Source: Gammaproteobacteria bacterium (lineage in GTDB: Bacteria > Pseudomonadota > Gammaproteobacteria > JBOHHR01). From it: a DNA stretch of 51,707 bases. The position numbers and the translations under genes were made by a program. Below, piece by piece: positions 35,318 to 44,872 of this stretch. Location of the stretch: positions 1 through 51,707 of the forward strand of contig JBOIEE010000011.1 of assembly GCA_050740975.1 (NCBI GenBank). Direction: 5' to 3'. Position 1 is the first letter of the stretch. Every line of letters begins with the position of its first letter. The notes beneath the pieces were generated by a model. The model saw only the letters and a program-made list of their open reading frames with translations. It made no database searches and was not told the origin of the DNA.

Positions 35318-37837
35318 ATGCCGCCCCACAAGATCGACCCCCTAGGCGAATACCGCGCTAAGCGCTCGGCGGAGCGCACCCCGGAGCCCTTTGGACGCAC
35401 AGCGCACGTGCTGAGCCAGCGCTTTGTGGTGCAACAACACGCCGCACGGGCACTGCATTACGATTTTCGCCTGGAAATGGACGGGGTGCTGCGTTCCTGG
35501 GCCATACCTAAAGGCCCTTCGCCCAATCCCAGAGACAAACGGCTTGCGGTCCAGGTCGAAGACCATCCCCTGGACTACGTCGATTTCGAGGGGGTGATCC
35601 CGCAAGGCAACTACGGTGCCGGCGCGGTGATCGTGTGGGATCGGGGGGTGTGGGTTCCGTTAAACGATCCTGCAGAGGGCCTCGTCAAGGGCAAGCTGTT
35701 GTTCGAGCTCAAGGGCTACAAGCTGCGCGGCAAGTGGACACTGGTTAAAACCCGGCGTAACCAGAAAGACTGGCTGATGATCAAGGAAAAAGACGGCCAC
35801 ACCTCGGATCAAGGCACCGAGGCGTTCGCTCAAGATTCCGTTCTTTCCGGGCGTACCGTCCACGATCTCAAACAAAGAGCCGATCCCGCGCAAGCAGTCA
35901 GTGAGCGATTGCACCAGCTAGGCGCGAAGAAAAATCCCATTTCGGCGGATCGTGTTGCGCTTATGCTGGCGCGCTCAGGGATCCCCTTTTCCAATAGCGG
36001 TTGGCTGTTTGAGATCAAATACGACGGATATCGCCTGATCGCCGCGCGCGAGATGGGAAAAGCCAGACTGTATTCCCGCGCCGGCCATGATCTAAGCGCC
36101 ACCTTCCCGGAAATAGCGGAGGTCGTCAACGCCCTGCCTTTCGAGCATTTTATCCTGGATGGCGAGGCGGTGGTGCACGATGAGCGCGGTCTGCCCAGCT
36201 TCGATCGCCTGCAAAAGCGAGGACGGCTCACACGGCGGGCGGATATCGAGCGTGCCAGCATAACCCTGCCCGCCACGCTCTATGCGTTTGACTTACTCGC
36301 TCTTGGAGACTTCGACCTTCGAGCGTTGCCTCTGAAAACGCGGAAAAGCGTATTAAAAAACATCTTACCCTCCATCGGGCCGATACGCTTCGCGGACCAC
36401 ATCGAGGATCAGGGAGAGCTAATGTACGCCCGGGTGCGCGCGCTGGGCTTGGAAGGTGTGATCGCCAAACACGCCGACTCGCCTTATATCGGTGGACGCT
36501 CCGCGCAGTGGATCAAGTTCACGGTCGAAAAAAGTGATGATTTCGTCGTTGCCGGCTTTACCGATCCCAAAGGTTTGCAACCGCTGTTCGGCGCCCTGTT
36601 GCTGGCTCAATACTCGGAAGGGGAGTTCCATTACGCAGGGCGCGCGGGCACCGGTTTCTCGCATAAAACGTTGAAGGAGATCAACGCGCAGCTACGGTCG
36701 ATAGAGTCCGCGGACGCACCGCAAGGCGCCCCTTCTGAGCGCAGCTTGCACTGGATAAAGCCGCAATTGGTGTGCGAGGTCACGTTCAAAGGGATCACCC
36801 CAGATGGTGTCTTACGCCAGCCCGTGTTCGTTCGCTTGCGCGATGATAAAAGACCCGAGGAATGCCTGAGCCGATTGCCGCTGCAACAGCCGGTAGGAAT
36901 TGCGCAGGCGCAACCGGTGTCTCCCACAGTCGAAAAGACGGTACGTTTTACCAACCCGGAGAAAGTGTTCTGGCCACAAGAGGGTTATACCAAAGGGGAT
37001 CTGCTCGACTACCATCGAGCGGTGGCGCCGTGGCTGCTGCCTTATCTGGCCGATCGGCCGGTCGTGCTCACGCGCTATCCGGATGGCATCACCGGCAAGT
37101 CGTTTTTCCAAAAAGACGCACCTGAGTTCGCCCCGGAGTGGGTACGGCAAGAGCGCCTATGGAGCGAGGGCAGCGAACGCGAAATCAACTATTTCATCGT
37201 CGAGGATGTGGACTCGCTGCTCTACATCATCAACCTGGGCACCATCCCGCTGCACATCTGGTCCAGTCGCTTGGGCTCACTAGAGCGGCCGGACTGGTGC
37301 ATCCTCGATCTGGACCCTAAAGGCGCGCCCTTCAGCGACGTGGTGACGATCGCAAAGGCGATCCGCCGGCTTTGCGCTGAGATCGCACTGCCGTCATTCG
37401 TCAAAACCAGCGGTTCTTCCGGGCTGCACGTGCTCGTTCCCCTGGGGTGCGAGTACAGCTATGAGCAATCGCGCACACTCGGCGAGTTGCTGGCACGGGT
37501 GATGGTCGCAGAATTACCCAAGCTCGCTACCGTCACGCGCGCGATAAAAGCGCGCGAAGGCCGCGTCTACATCGATTATTTACAGAATGGGCATGGCCGA
37601 CTCCTGGTAGCGCCTCTTAGCGCGCGCCCTCTGCCGGGCGCCACCGTATCTATGCCCTTGAGCTGGCATGAAGTTCATGGGAAGCTGGATGCGGGGCGAT
37701 TTACGATTAAAACTGCGCTGCGACGGCTGCATTCCCTAAAAACAGAGCCCCTGCGCTCGATCATGGATCAAAAGGTGGATTTGCGGTTTGCCCTTAATGC
37801 CTTGTCGAAACGGTTTCCCGTAGCACAGACTCGGTGA
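35318..37837 (+). CDS. ligD: ATP-dependent DNA ligase D (phosphoesterase - ligase - polymerase/primase domains)
   Basis: The PE domain is RFVVQQHAARALHYDFRLEMDGVLRSWAIPKGPS. The adenylation Lys is in WLFEIKYDGYR. The Pol domain has VRFTNPEKVFWP, LTRYPDGI and SGSSGLHVLVPL. Confidence 0.9.
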   Translation: MPPHKIDPLGEYRAKRSAERTPEPFGRTAHVLSQRFVVQQHAARALHYDFRLEMDGVLRSWAIPKGPSPNPRDKRLAVQVEDHPLDYVDFEGVIPQGNYGAGAVIVWDRGVWVPLNDPAEGLVKGKLLFELKGYKLRGKWTLVKTRRNQKDWLMIKEKDGHTSDQGTEAFAQDSVLSGRTVHDLKQRADPAQAVSERLHQLGAKKNPISADRVALMLARSGIPFSNSGWLFEIKYDGYRLIAAREMGKARLYSRAGHDLSATFPEIAEVVNALPFEHFILDGEAVVHDERGLPSFDRLQKRGRLTRRADIERASITLPATLYAFDLLALGDFDLRALPLKTRKSVLKNILPSIGPIRFADHIEDQGELMYARVRALGLEGVIAKHADSPYIGGRSAQWIKFTVEKSDDFVVAGFTDPKGLQPLFGALLLAQYSEGEFHYAGRAGTGFSHKTLKEINAQLRSIESADAPQGAPSERSLHWIKPQLVCEVTFKGITPDGVLRQPVFVRLRDDKRPEECLSRLPLQQPVGIAQAQPVSPTVEKTVRFTNPEKVFWPQEGYTKGDLLDYHRAVAPWLLPYLADRPVVLTRYPDGITGKSFFQKDAPEFAPEWVRQERLWSEGSEREINYFIVEDVDSLLYIINLGTIPLHIWSSRLGSLERPDWCILDLDPKGAPFSDVVTIAKAIRRLCAEIALPSFVKTSGSSGLHVLVPLGCEYSYEQSRTLGELLARVMVAELPKLATVTRAIKAREGRVYIDYLQNGHGRLLVAPLSARPLPGATVSMPLSWHEVHGKLDAGRFTIKTALRRLHSLKTEPLRSIMDQKVDLRFALNALSKRFPVAQTR

Positions 37838-37920
37838 TCCGCCCCCGCTTAACTGTGCGCAACGGATGAACGCTTCGGGGCCTCCAGAGAGGATACTTTC
37901 TGATATGGACATTACAAGGG

Positions 37921-37980
37921 CTGACCCTATCGATGTGACAAGATCTGACCCTATCGAGGTTGTGGCCCTATCGAGGTGTG
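37921..37980 (+). repeat. Three direct copies of CCCTATCGA(G/T)GT.. immediately upstream of the vapB promoter (candidate operator)
   Basis: ccctatcga occurs at 37925-37933, 37949-37957 and 37966-37974. The extended matches are ctgaccctatcgatgtg, ctgaccctatcgaggttgtg and ggccctatcgaggtgtg. Confidence 0.7.
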
Positions 37981-38008
37981 TTGACATCAACTTAAGTGAT
38001 GCTATGAT
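37981..38008 (+). promoter_or_regulatory. Sigma70-like promoter: -35 TTGACA, 16-nt spacer, extended -10 TGcTATGAT
   Basis: ttgaca is at 37981-37986 and tgc-tatgat at 38000-38008. The -10 ends 7 nt before the vapB ATG (38016), and no SD sequence is visible. Confidence 0.45.
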
Positions 38009-38015
38009 GATATTC

Positions 38016-38282
38016 ATGCGTAGCACTGTCCGTATCGATGACGATCTGCTTTTGGAACTGAAAGAGCGGGCACGCAAGGAAAATATTTCCCTCACCCGGC
38101 TGCTGAATCGGACCCTGCGTGCGGGCATACAGGCATCGCATAAGCCAAGTCCACGAAAACCCCGCTATCGGGAGAAGACGTATTTGATGGGTACACCCCG
38201 AGTTGACCTGCACAAAGCGCTTGCACTAGCCGCCGAGCTGGAGGATGAGGAAATCATCAGAAAAATGATGCTGCGAAAATGA
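38016..38282 (+). CDS. vapB: Ribbon-helix-helix antitoxin (VapB-type)
   Basis: MRSTVRIDDDLLLELKERARKENISLTRLLNRTLRAG has an RHH-like N-terminus. The stop overlaps the vapC ATG (ATGA at 38279-38282). The N-terminal extension of the track ORF (from 37866) lies over the repeat and promoter DNA. ATGs at 38004 and 38007 are alternative starts. Confidence 0.7.
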   Translation: MRSTVRIDDDLLLELKERARKENISLTRLLNRTLRAGIQASHKPSPRKPRYREKTYLMGTPRVDLHKALALAAELEDEEIIRKMMLRK

Positions 38283-38707
38283 AGGTCGTCGACCTGAATG
38301 TCCTCCTCTATGCCGTCAACGAAAACGCGGTACATCACACACCATTGCTCAAATGGTGGGAGGAGGCCATTAATGGCGACGAACCACTGGGTCTGCCCTG
38401 GATCGTCCTCCTTGGTTTTCTCCGCATCTCCACAAACCCTAGAATTTTTCCCCAACCACTCGAGCCCGATACCGCAATCAGCAAGATCGGTATCTGGCTG
38501 TCCCTCGACAACACGCGGCTGGTGTGTGAAAAAGAGGAGCACTGGGATATTCTTCGTTCGCTTCTCGCCGAGACCGGCACCGCAGGCAATTTGACCACAG
38601 ATGCCCACTTGGCAACGCTTGCGATCAGCCATGGCGCCGCCCTCGTATCCTGTGACAATGACTTCGCCCGTTTCAAGGGCCTTCGCTGGGAAAACCCGAT
38701 AGGGTGA
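38279..38707 (+). CDS. vapC: PIN-domain ribonuclease toxin (VapC family)
   Basis: MKVVDLNVLLYAV supplies the first acidic residue. TTDAHLATLAISHG and VSCDNDFARF supply the later PIN acidic residues. Length is 142 aa, and it is translationally coupled to the antitoxin. Confidence 0.8.
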   Translation: MKVVDLNVLLYAVNENAVHHTPLLKWWEEAINGDEPLGLPWIVLLGFLRISTNPRIFPQPLEPDTAISKIGIWLSLDNTRLVCEKEEHWDILRSLLAETGTAGNLTTDAHLATLAISHGAALVSCDNDFARFKGLRWENPIG

Positions 38708-38709
38708 TT

Positions 38710-38736
38710 GGCGAATTCGATCTCTGTCAATTCGCC
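38710..38736 (+). terminator. Hairpin just after the vapC stop (8-bp stem, 11-nt loop), no T-run
   Basis: ggcgaatt-cgatctctgtc-aattcgcc. There is no U-tract, so a terminator role is uncertain. Confidence 0.25.
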
Positions 38737-38885
38737 ATTGCCAACGCGTACCAGAAGCGATACCTATGATACCGTATCAAAAAGTAACGCTCCGTACGCG
38801 CCGCCTAGGGATATTAGAGGGCCGTGCGCAATGCTATTTCAAGGAGGATTTTTCCCTCAGCCGATCCTAATGCGTGTCCGGCGTT

Positions 38886-39917
38886 TTAGGAAAGTTCCTG
38901 CTTTGGCGCCCGAGCGAGCAGCGCCTGTACCGCCTCTCTCGGAGTGCATTGCCCGTTCAGCACCTGCGTAACCTGGGCAACAATCGGCATTTCCACGAAG
39001 TGCTTGCGTGCCAGATAATCCACCTCAAAGGCGGTGCCCAGCCCTTCCACCACTTGGCCGATGCGCCGAACGCCCTCCTTCGCCGATAGGCCTTGCGCGA
39101 GCGCCAACCCTAAGCGCCGGTTACGCGATTGGTTATCCGTACAGGTGAGCAGTAAATCTCCCAATCCCGCCAATCCGATAAAGGTCTCGCTGCGCCCACC
39201 GAGCTGCACGCCCAGGCGAGTCATCTCAGCCAAGCCCCGGGTTATCAGAGCAGCGCGGGTGTTCGCACCAAACCCCAGACCATCCGCGATCCCAGCCGCG
39301 ATCGCCAACACGTTTTTTACCGCCCCACCCACCTCCACCCCGATGATATCAGTGTTCGTGTAGGCTCGAAGCGGCCCCCCGTGCAGGCGCTTGGCCAAAT
39401 CTGAGGCAAAACCCGGATCATTCGAGGCTACGGCAAGCGCGGCAGGCAATCCGGCCGCTACTTCGGCTGCGAACGTGGGACCGGAGATCACGGCCATCGG
39501 CCGTCCCGGCGCAAAAACCTCTTCAACCACTTGATGCGGGAAAAGGTGGGTCCCCGTTTCTATCCCCTTGCAAGCCCAGGCGACGCGCACATCGGCCCCA
39601 CATCGCCGTATGGCCTGCAGCGTATCCCTCAAGCCATCGCTGGGCACCGCGAGGATCAGAGTCCGTACGCCTCTAAGCGCGTCCTTGAGATCTGCGCTAA
39701 GGCTCAGGCGCTTCGGAAACGCACATTCCGGCAAGTAACGCCGATTGCGCCGCTCTTGCCGCAGGGTCTCTATATGCTCTGGGCGATGGCCCCAAAGGAC
39801 TACGGATCGCTGATTACGGGCGATCTGCACCGCCAGGGCGGTTCCCCAAGAGCCCGCCCCGAGGATTAACACCGGGTCAACGGCATCGGCACGAGGTTGT
39901 GACGATATCACCCCCAT
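38886..39917 (-). CDS. gpsA: NAD(P)H-dependent glycerol-3-phosphate dehydrogenase
   Basis: ILGAGSWGTALAVQIA, GPTFAAEVA and NVLAIAAGIADGLGFGANTRAALITRGLAEM are present. It lies downstream of secB, as in many Proteobacteria. Confidence 0.9.
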   Translation of the reverse strand: MGVISSQPRADAVDPVLILGAGSWGTALAVQIARNQRSVVLWGHRPEHIETLRQERRNRRYLPECAFPKRLSLSADLKDALRGVRTLILAVPSDGLRDTLQAIRRCGADVRVAWACKGIETGTHLFPHQVVEEVFAPGRPMAVISGPTFAAEVAAGLPAALAVASNDPGFASDLAKRLHGGPLRAYTNTDIIGVEVGGAVKNVLAIAAGIADGLGFGANTRAALITRGLAEMTRLGVQLGGRSETFIGLAGLGDLLLTCTDNQSRNRRLGLALAQGLSAKEGVRRIGQVVEGLGTAFEVDYLARKHFVEMPIVAQVTQVLNGQCTPREAVQALLARAPKQELS

Positions 39918-40394
39918 TCAATGGGTTGATGTTGACTTACCCGATTCGCCGCTTTGGCGATGCAGCTGTTCGGCATAAAGCGCCTCGAAATTGATAGGGG
40001 CCAGTAACAATTGGGGGAAACCGCCCCGGGAAACCAGGTTTGCTACGGTTTCACGCGCAAAGGGGAACAAAATATTTGGACACACGGCAGAGACGATGGC
40101 CTTACATCGCCCTTCGGGAACACCCACGATCTGAAACAGACCGCTCTGCTGCACTTCTACCAGATACGCCATCTGCCCTTGCGACTGAACCGTCACCGTC
40201 ACAGTCAGCACAACTTCATACACATCATCGCTCAAGCGAACGGATTTGTTGGCTAGCTGGATATCAACCACCGGCTTCCATTCCTTGGCGAAGATTTGTG
40301 GTGTCTGCGGGGCTTCGAAAGATGAATCCTTGATGTATATCTTTTGTATGTGGAGCTGGGGCGCCGACGGCTTTCCCGCGCTGACCTCATTCAT
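39918..40394 (-). CDS. secB: Protein-export chaperone SecB
   Basis: LHIQKIYIKDSSFEAPQTPQIF, VEVQQSGLFQI and CPNILFPFARETVANLVSRGGFPQLLLAPINFEALY are present. Length is 158 aa. Confidence 0.9.
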   Translation of the reverse strand: MNEVSAGKPSAPQLHIQKIYIKDSSFEAPQTPQIFAKEWKPVVDIQLANKSVRLSDDVYEVVLTVTVTVQSQGQMAYLVEVQQSGLFQIVGVPEGRCKAIVSAVCPNILFPFARETVANLVSRGGFPQLLLAPINFEALYAEQLHRQSGESGKSTSTH

Positions 40395-40848
40395 TTTTCG
40401 CGTGCACCTTTTTCTCTTTCGGGTTGGTCGCTCCCTTAGCCAAAGGGAGATTCGCGTTTTGCCATGAGAGTATTCCTCCTTGCAAACGGTATACTTTTTC
40501 TATTCCCGCTTTTTTCAACACTTTTGCCGCTTTGACGGCATCGGATCCCGCGCGACTGTTGATGACGATTGGCCTCCCCCGGAGTTTTTCCAGATCGCTG
40601 AATCGTTCTTTAAGCTCTTTGAGGGGGAAGCTCTGCGCGTCCAGAATGTGCCCTGTGGCAAACTCGGCATGATCTCGAACATCGAGCACCAAGGCATCGT
40701 CCCGATTGATCAACTTGGTCACCTCGGTGGGGGAAACTTGAGCGCCGCCGTAGATGGAACCGATCACGAGGTTCGCGACCAATAACACTAAGATGACGGC
40801 GAGTGCGATAAACAAAAACAGGTTTTGAACGATGAATTCTTGGAACAC
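40387..40848 (-). CDS. Membrane-anchored rhodanese-like domain protein (YibN-like)
   Basis: A TM helix (LFLFIALAVILVLLVANLV) is followed by a rhodanese fold (ALVLDVRDHAEFATGHI...GGILSW). The probable GTG start is at 40848, because the track ORF has no internal ATG. The loop reads IVINSRAGSDA, with Ser where a catalytic Cys is expected. Confidence 0.65.
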   Translation of the reverse strand: MFQEFIVQNLFLFIALAVILVLLVANLVIGSIYGGAQVSPTEVTKLINRDDALVLDVRDHAEFATGHILDAQSFPLKELKERFSDLEKLRGRPIVINSRAGSDAVKAAKVLKKAGIEKVYRLQGGILSWQNANLPLAKGATNPKEKKVHAKNE

Positions 40849-41112
40849 GAATTTTGTCTCTTTTACGCGGTAATAGGGGCACCCGCAGCGCGCGGGCGGA
40901 ATGATAGAGCTTCTGTGTGGCAAGTAAAATAGGTCCGATGCAAGCACAAGCACGCCGTAGTGTCCAGCCAGGCAATCAAACCACAGAAAAGCAAGCCTTT
41001 TCCTGGTAAACTCTTGTTAAAACTAAAAAGCTGTTGCTAAGGAGTACTGAACTGGAGAACCGGCGCGTACCGCGAAGCCGGTCGATTGACCGAATCGTAC
41101 AAAGACGACAAC

Positions 41113-42723
41113 ATGCCGATTAAACACCGCCCCCTAATTCTTATCGTATTGGATGGATGGGGCTACAGCGACTCGATACAGTACAACGCCATCCATAGCG
41201 CGCACAAACCCGTATGGGACGATCTCTGGGCGCTTTACCCACACATGCTGCTGCGCTGCTCCGGCGTGGATGTAGGGCTGCCGGACGGCCAGATGGGAAA
41301 CTCCGAGGTGGGCCATATGCACTTAGGGGCAGGGCGCACCATTGACCAGGAATTCACCCGCATATCCCGGTCTATTGAAGACGAGTCTTTCTTCGAGAAC
41401 CCCATCCTCATCCGCGCCTTTGGGGACGCCAAACGGCGTGGATCTGCGGTACACGTAATGGGCCTGCTCTCCCCTGGAGGAGTGCACAGTCACGAAGACC
41501 ACATTTTTGCCATGCTCGATCTGGCCACTCACTGCAAAGTCGGCCCGGTCTTTCTGCATGCCTTCCTCGACGGGCGGGATACTCCGCCCAAAAGCGCCGC
41601 AGAATCGATCCTTAAAGCGCATAATAAGTTTCTGCAACGGATAGAGGGCCGATTAGCCTCATTCGTGGGCCGCTACTACGCCATGGACCGCAACCAAAAC
41701 TGGACCCGTACCGAGGCGGCTTATCGGTTGCTCAGGGACGGCCAAGCGCCGTACCAATGCTCAGATCCCTTCATCGCTTTGGATATGGCCTATGAACGAG
41801 GCGAGAGTGATGAGTTTGTCCAACCCACAGCGATCACACGGGGCGGATCGAGCGTGCAGATGAAGGACGGGGACGTCGTGGTGTTCATGAATTATCGGGC
41901 TGATCGAGCCCGCCAGCTTACCCTGGCGTTCACCGAACCAAGCTTTGCTTATTTTTTCCGCCGCCCCCTTCAGCTCGGGGAGTTTATTACCCTCACATCC
42001 TACAGTGCAGATTTTGATCTTCCCGTGGTCTTTCCTCCGGAAAGACTGAACAATGTCTTAGGCGAATACATCGCGGCTAAGGGGCTGCGTCAGCTGCGCA
42101 TCGCCGAGACCGAGAAATACGCGCACGTGACCTACTTTTTCAACGGCGGTGAAGAACGGGTGTTCGAAGGCGAAGATCGCGTCCTAGTGCCATCACCCCA
42201 CGTCGCGACCTACAACCAGAAACCGGAAATGAGCGCTAGTGCGGTCACCGACCGCTTTGTGGAAGCCATCCACAGTCAAAAATACGACGTCATTATTTCC
42301 AATTTTGCCAATCCGGACATGGTAGGCCATAGCGGTAACTTCGCGGCTACGGTCAAAGCAATCGAAGCGGTAGACCGCTGTCTCGGTCGCATCGTAGCAG
42401 CCGCGCAAGCCGTGGGTGGGGAGATCGTGATCACTGCGGACCATGGAAATGCGGAGCGCATGCGCAGCATCGAGACCAAAACCGAGCGTGGACAACCCCA
42501 CACCGCGCACACCACGAATCCGGTGCCGCTTATCTACATCGGACGAGCGGCGGAAGTGGGAAACACCGGCTCGCTCGTCGACATCGCCCCCACGCTGTTG
42601 TATCTCATGGGGATAAAACCTCCAAGCGAAATGACCGGGCGCTCTTTGATCACCCTGGAACCGCAAACAGACCAAAGCCATTATCGCTTGCGGCCTCAGC
42701 GCCGGATAAGCCGACTCATCTAA
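41113..42723 (+). CDS. gpmI: 2,3-bisphosphoglycerate-independent phosphoglycerate mutase
   Basis: PLILIVLDGWGYS, GNSEVGHMHLGAGR, DGRDTPP and ITADHGNAE are present. The ATG is at 41113. Confidence 0.9.
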   Translation: MPIKHRPLILIVLDGWGYSDSIQYNAIHSAHKPVWDDLWALYPHMLLRCSGVDVGLPDGQMGNSEVGHMHLGAGRTIDQEFTRISRSIEDESFFENPILIRAFGDAKRRGSAVHVMGLLSPGGVHSHEDHIFAMLDLATHCKVGPVFLHAFLDGRDTPPKSAAESILKAHNKFLQRIEGRLASFVGRYYAMDRNQNWTRTEAAYRLLRDGQAPYQCSDPFIALDMAYERGESDEFVQPTAITRGGSSVQMKDGDVVVFMNYRADRARQLTLAFTEPSFAYFFRRPLQLGEFITLTSYSADFDLPVVFPPERLNNVLGEYIAAKGLRQLRIAETEKYAHVTYFFNGGEERVFEGEDRVLVPSPHVATYNQKPEMSASAVTDRFVEAIHSQKYDVIISNFANPDMVGHSGNFAATVKAIEAVDRCLGRIVAAAQAVGGEIVITADHGNAERMRSIETKTERGQPHTAHTTNPVPLIYIGRAAEVGNTGSLVDIAPTLLYLMGIKPPSEMTGRSLITLEPQTDQSHYRLRPQRRISRLI

Positions 42724-42788
42724 AGGGCTGCGGTTTGACCTGAAACCCGCGCTGGCAGAAAATGCTCAATCCTTCACCGGAGACACTT

Positions 42789-44093
42789 ATGAAACACAAG
42801 ATGTGCACTTTTGGCCTTTTGGCCCTCGTTTCGATCGTGAGCTTGGCAACGATCGAGGTCGATGCCGAATCAGACGCCGTAATAGAATCCGAGCAGGATC
42901 TACCATGGCGCGAGCTGCGCACATTTACCGAAGTATTCGCTAAAGTCAAAAACGATTACGTCGAGCCGATAAAGGATAAGCAACTGCTGGAAAACGCGAT
43001 CCGCGGAATGCTGACTGGGCTTGACCCCCACTCCGCCTATCTCGATCCGGAAGACTATAAAGGACTGCAGGAAGGGACCACTGGCGAGTTTGGCGGTTTA
43101 GGAATCGAAGTGAGTATAGAGAACGATTTCGTCAAAGTAATCGCACCGATCGACGACACACCGGCTCAGCGCGCCGGGGTCAAACCGGGAGATGTCATTA
43201 CCAAACTGGACGACACGCCCGTCAAAGGTATGTCCCTAAACGACGCGGTCAAACACATGCGCGGCAAACCGGGTTCGCCGATCACCTTAACCATCGTTCG
43301 CGAGGGAGTAGAGAAACCTCTTAAGATTGTCATCACACGGGCTGTTATCAAAGTAGAAAGTGTAAAAAATGAGTTCTTGGAGCCCGATTTCGCTTATGTT
43401 CGGATCTCACATTTTCAGGAGCGCACGGCGGAAGATCTGCGCCGCGCGTTACGTGAGATAAGAACAGAAAACAAAGGGGCGTTGAAGGGTATGGTATTGG
43501 ATCTGCGCAATAACCCAGGCGGTATTTTGAGCTCGGCCGTTTCTGTAGCCGATGCCTTTATCGACAAGGGCTTGATCGTCTACACCGAGGGTAGGGTGGA
43601 AGATTCGCAGTTGCGGTTTAACGCCAAGCCGGATGATCTCTTAAGTGGCGCCCCCATGGTCGTGCTGGTGAATGGCGGCTCGGCTTCGGCCTCGGAAATC
43701 GTCGCCGGCGCCCTGCAAGATACCCGGCGGGGCATCATCATGGGCAGCCGCACCTTCGGAAAGGGCTCCGTACAGACGATCCTGCCCATGAGCAATCAGG
43801 CTGCGCTAAAGCTCACCACAGCTCTGTATTACACCCCTTCCGGAAGATCGATCCAGGCGGAGGGCATAAAACCCGACATCATCTTGGATAAGGTGGAGGT
43901 CGCGGTTGTTGACGACGACCCGCACAGTCTTAAGGAAGCGGATCTGTCGCGTCATATTGCCAACGGCAAACAAAAGACAAAAAGCAGTGAGGCCCAAAAG
44001 CCAGCAAAGTCCATGGCCTCGAGCGACTACGAGCTTTACGAAGCCCTAAACCTGCTGAAGGGGCTGGCCTTAAGCAAAGCCGCTAAAGGCTAA
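42789..44093 (+). CDS. S41 family carboxy-terminal processing peptidase
   Basis: There is a signal peptide, a PDZ (AGVKPGDVITKLDDTPVKGM), LDLRNNPGG, the catalytic Ser in VNGGSASASEIVAGALQD and FGKGSVQT. It lies downstream of gpmI, as is common. Confidence 0.85.
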   Translation: MKHKMCTFGLLALVSIVSLATIEVDAESDAVIESEQDLPWRELRTFTEVFAKVKNDYVEPIKDKQLLENAIRGMLTGLDPHSAYLDPEDYKGLQEGTTGEFGGLGIEVSIENDFVKVIAPIDDTPAQRAGVKPGDVITKLDDTPVKGMSLNDAVKHMRGKPGSPITLTIVREGVEKPLKIVITRAVIKVESVKNEFLEPDFAYVRISHFQERTAEDLRRALREIRTENKGALKGMVLDLRNNPGGILSSAVSVADAFIDKGLIVYTEGRVEDSQLRFNAKPDDLLSGAPMVVLVNGGSASASEIVAGALQDTRRGIIMGSRTFGKGSVQTILPMSNQAALKLTTALYYTPSGRSIQAEGIKPDIILDKVEVAVVDDDPHSLKEADLSRHIANGKQKTKSSEAQKPAKSMASSDYELYEALNLLKGLALSKAAKG

Positions 44094-44118
44094 CGCGCTC
44101 ATCGGACAAGGTGAAAGA

Positions 44119-44685
44119 GTGGTAAGGGTTTTGGTCCCCTTGGCGCCAGGCTGTGAGGAGCTGGAAGCTGTAACGATCATCGACCTATTGCGTCGGGCGG
44201 GGGTCGAAGTGACGGCGGCCAGCCTTGACGGGGGCACCGTGCGAGCGAGCCGCGGTGTGTGCTTGGTTCCCGATACCAGCCTTGAGCAGGCACTCCAAGG
44301 GGAGTTCGATATGGTGGTATTACCCGGTGGTTTGACCGGCGCCGAGAACTTAAACGCGGACCCACGGATCCACCCGTTTCTGGTTTCCATGGCGGAAAAG
44401 GGCCGTTATATTACGGCTATTTGCGCTGCGCCTACAGTGCTTGGAAATGCCGGGCTGCTTGCGGGCAAGATCGCAACCGCTTACCCCGGATCTTTGGAGG
44501 CACTACATCTGTCTGGTGTCACCTTATCCGCAGACCCGGTTGTCGTAGACGGTACAGTGGTCACTTCGCGTGGTCCAGGGACCGCGATGGATTTTGCGTT
44601 GGTACTTATTGAGGTACTGGTAGGAAAAGGAAAGCGCCAGGAGGTTGAGGCGCGTTTGATGCGCCCTCACTCATCTGGCACTTAA
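44119..44685 (+). CDS. DJ-1/PfpI (YajL/ThiJ-like) family protein
   Basis: (GTG)VRVLVPLAPGCEELEAVTIIDLLRRAG, the nucleophile elbow ITAICAAPTVL and VVTSRGPGTAMDFAL are present. Confidence 0.8.
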   Translation: MVRVLVPLAPGCEELEAVTIIDLLRRAGVEVTAASLDGGTVRASRGVCLVPDTSLEQALQGEFDMVVLPGGLTGAENLNADPRIHPFLVSMAEKGRYITAICAAPTVLGNAGLLAGKIATAYPGSLEALHLSGVTLSADPVVVDGTVVTSRGPGTAMDFALVLIEVLVGKGKRQEVEARLMRPHSSGT

Positions 44686-44872
44686 AGGAGTCGGGTACTG
44701 GCTGTCACGGCCCGCGGGTCGGGCGTCGATCCCCCGCTATCAGCCTACCAGCCAAAACAGTGATATGATTGGCTTCAATGGGCCCCACCGTGCCTTGGGG
44801 CTCTTCCTAATAAACCAATGACTACTAACGGCGGTATTCCAAACCGGTACCCTGCGGCTTTGGAGGTCAATC

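Noticed and set aside
38165-38632. 155-aa minus-strand ORF and other ORFs overlapping vapBC
   Set aside because: They are antisense to a well-formed, translationally coupled RHH-PIN pair and have no motifs.
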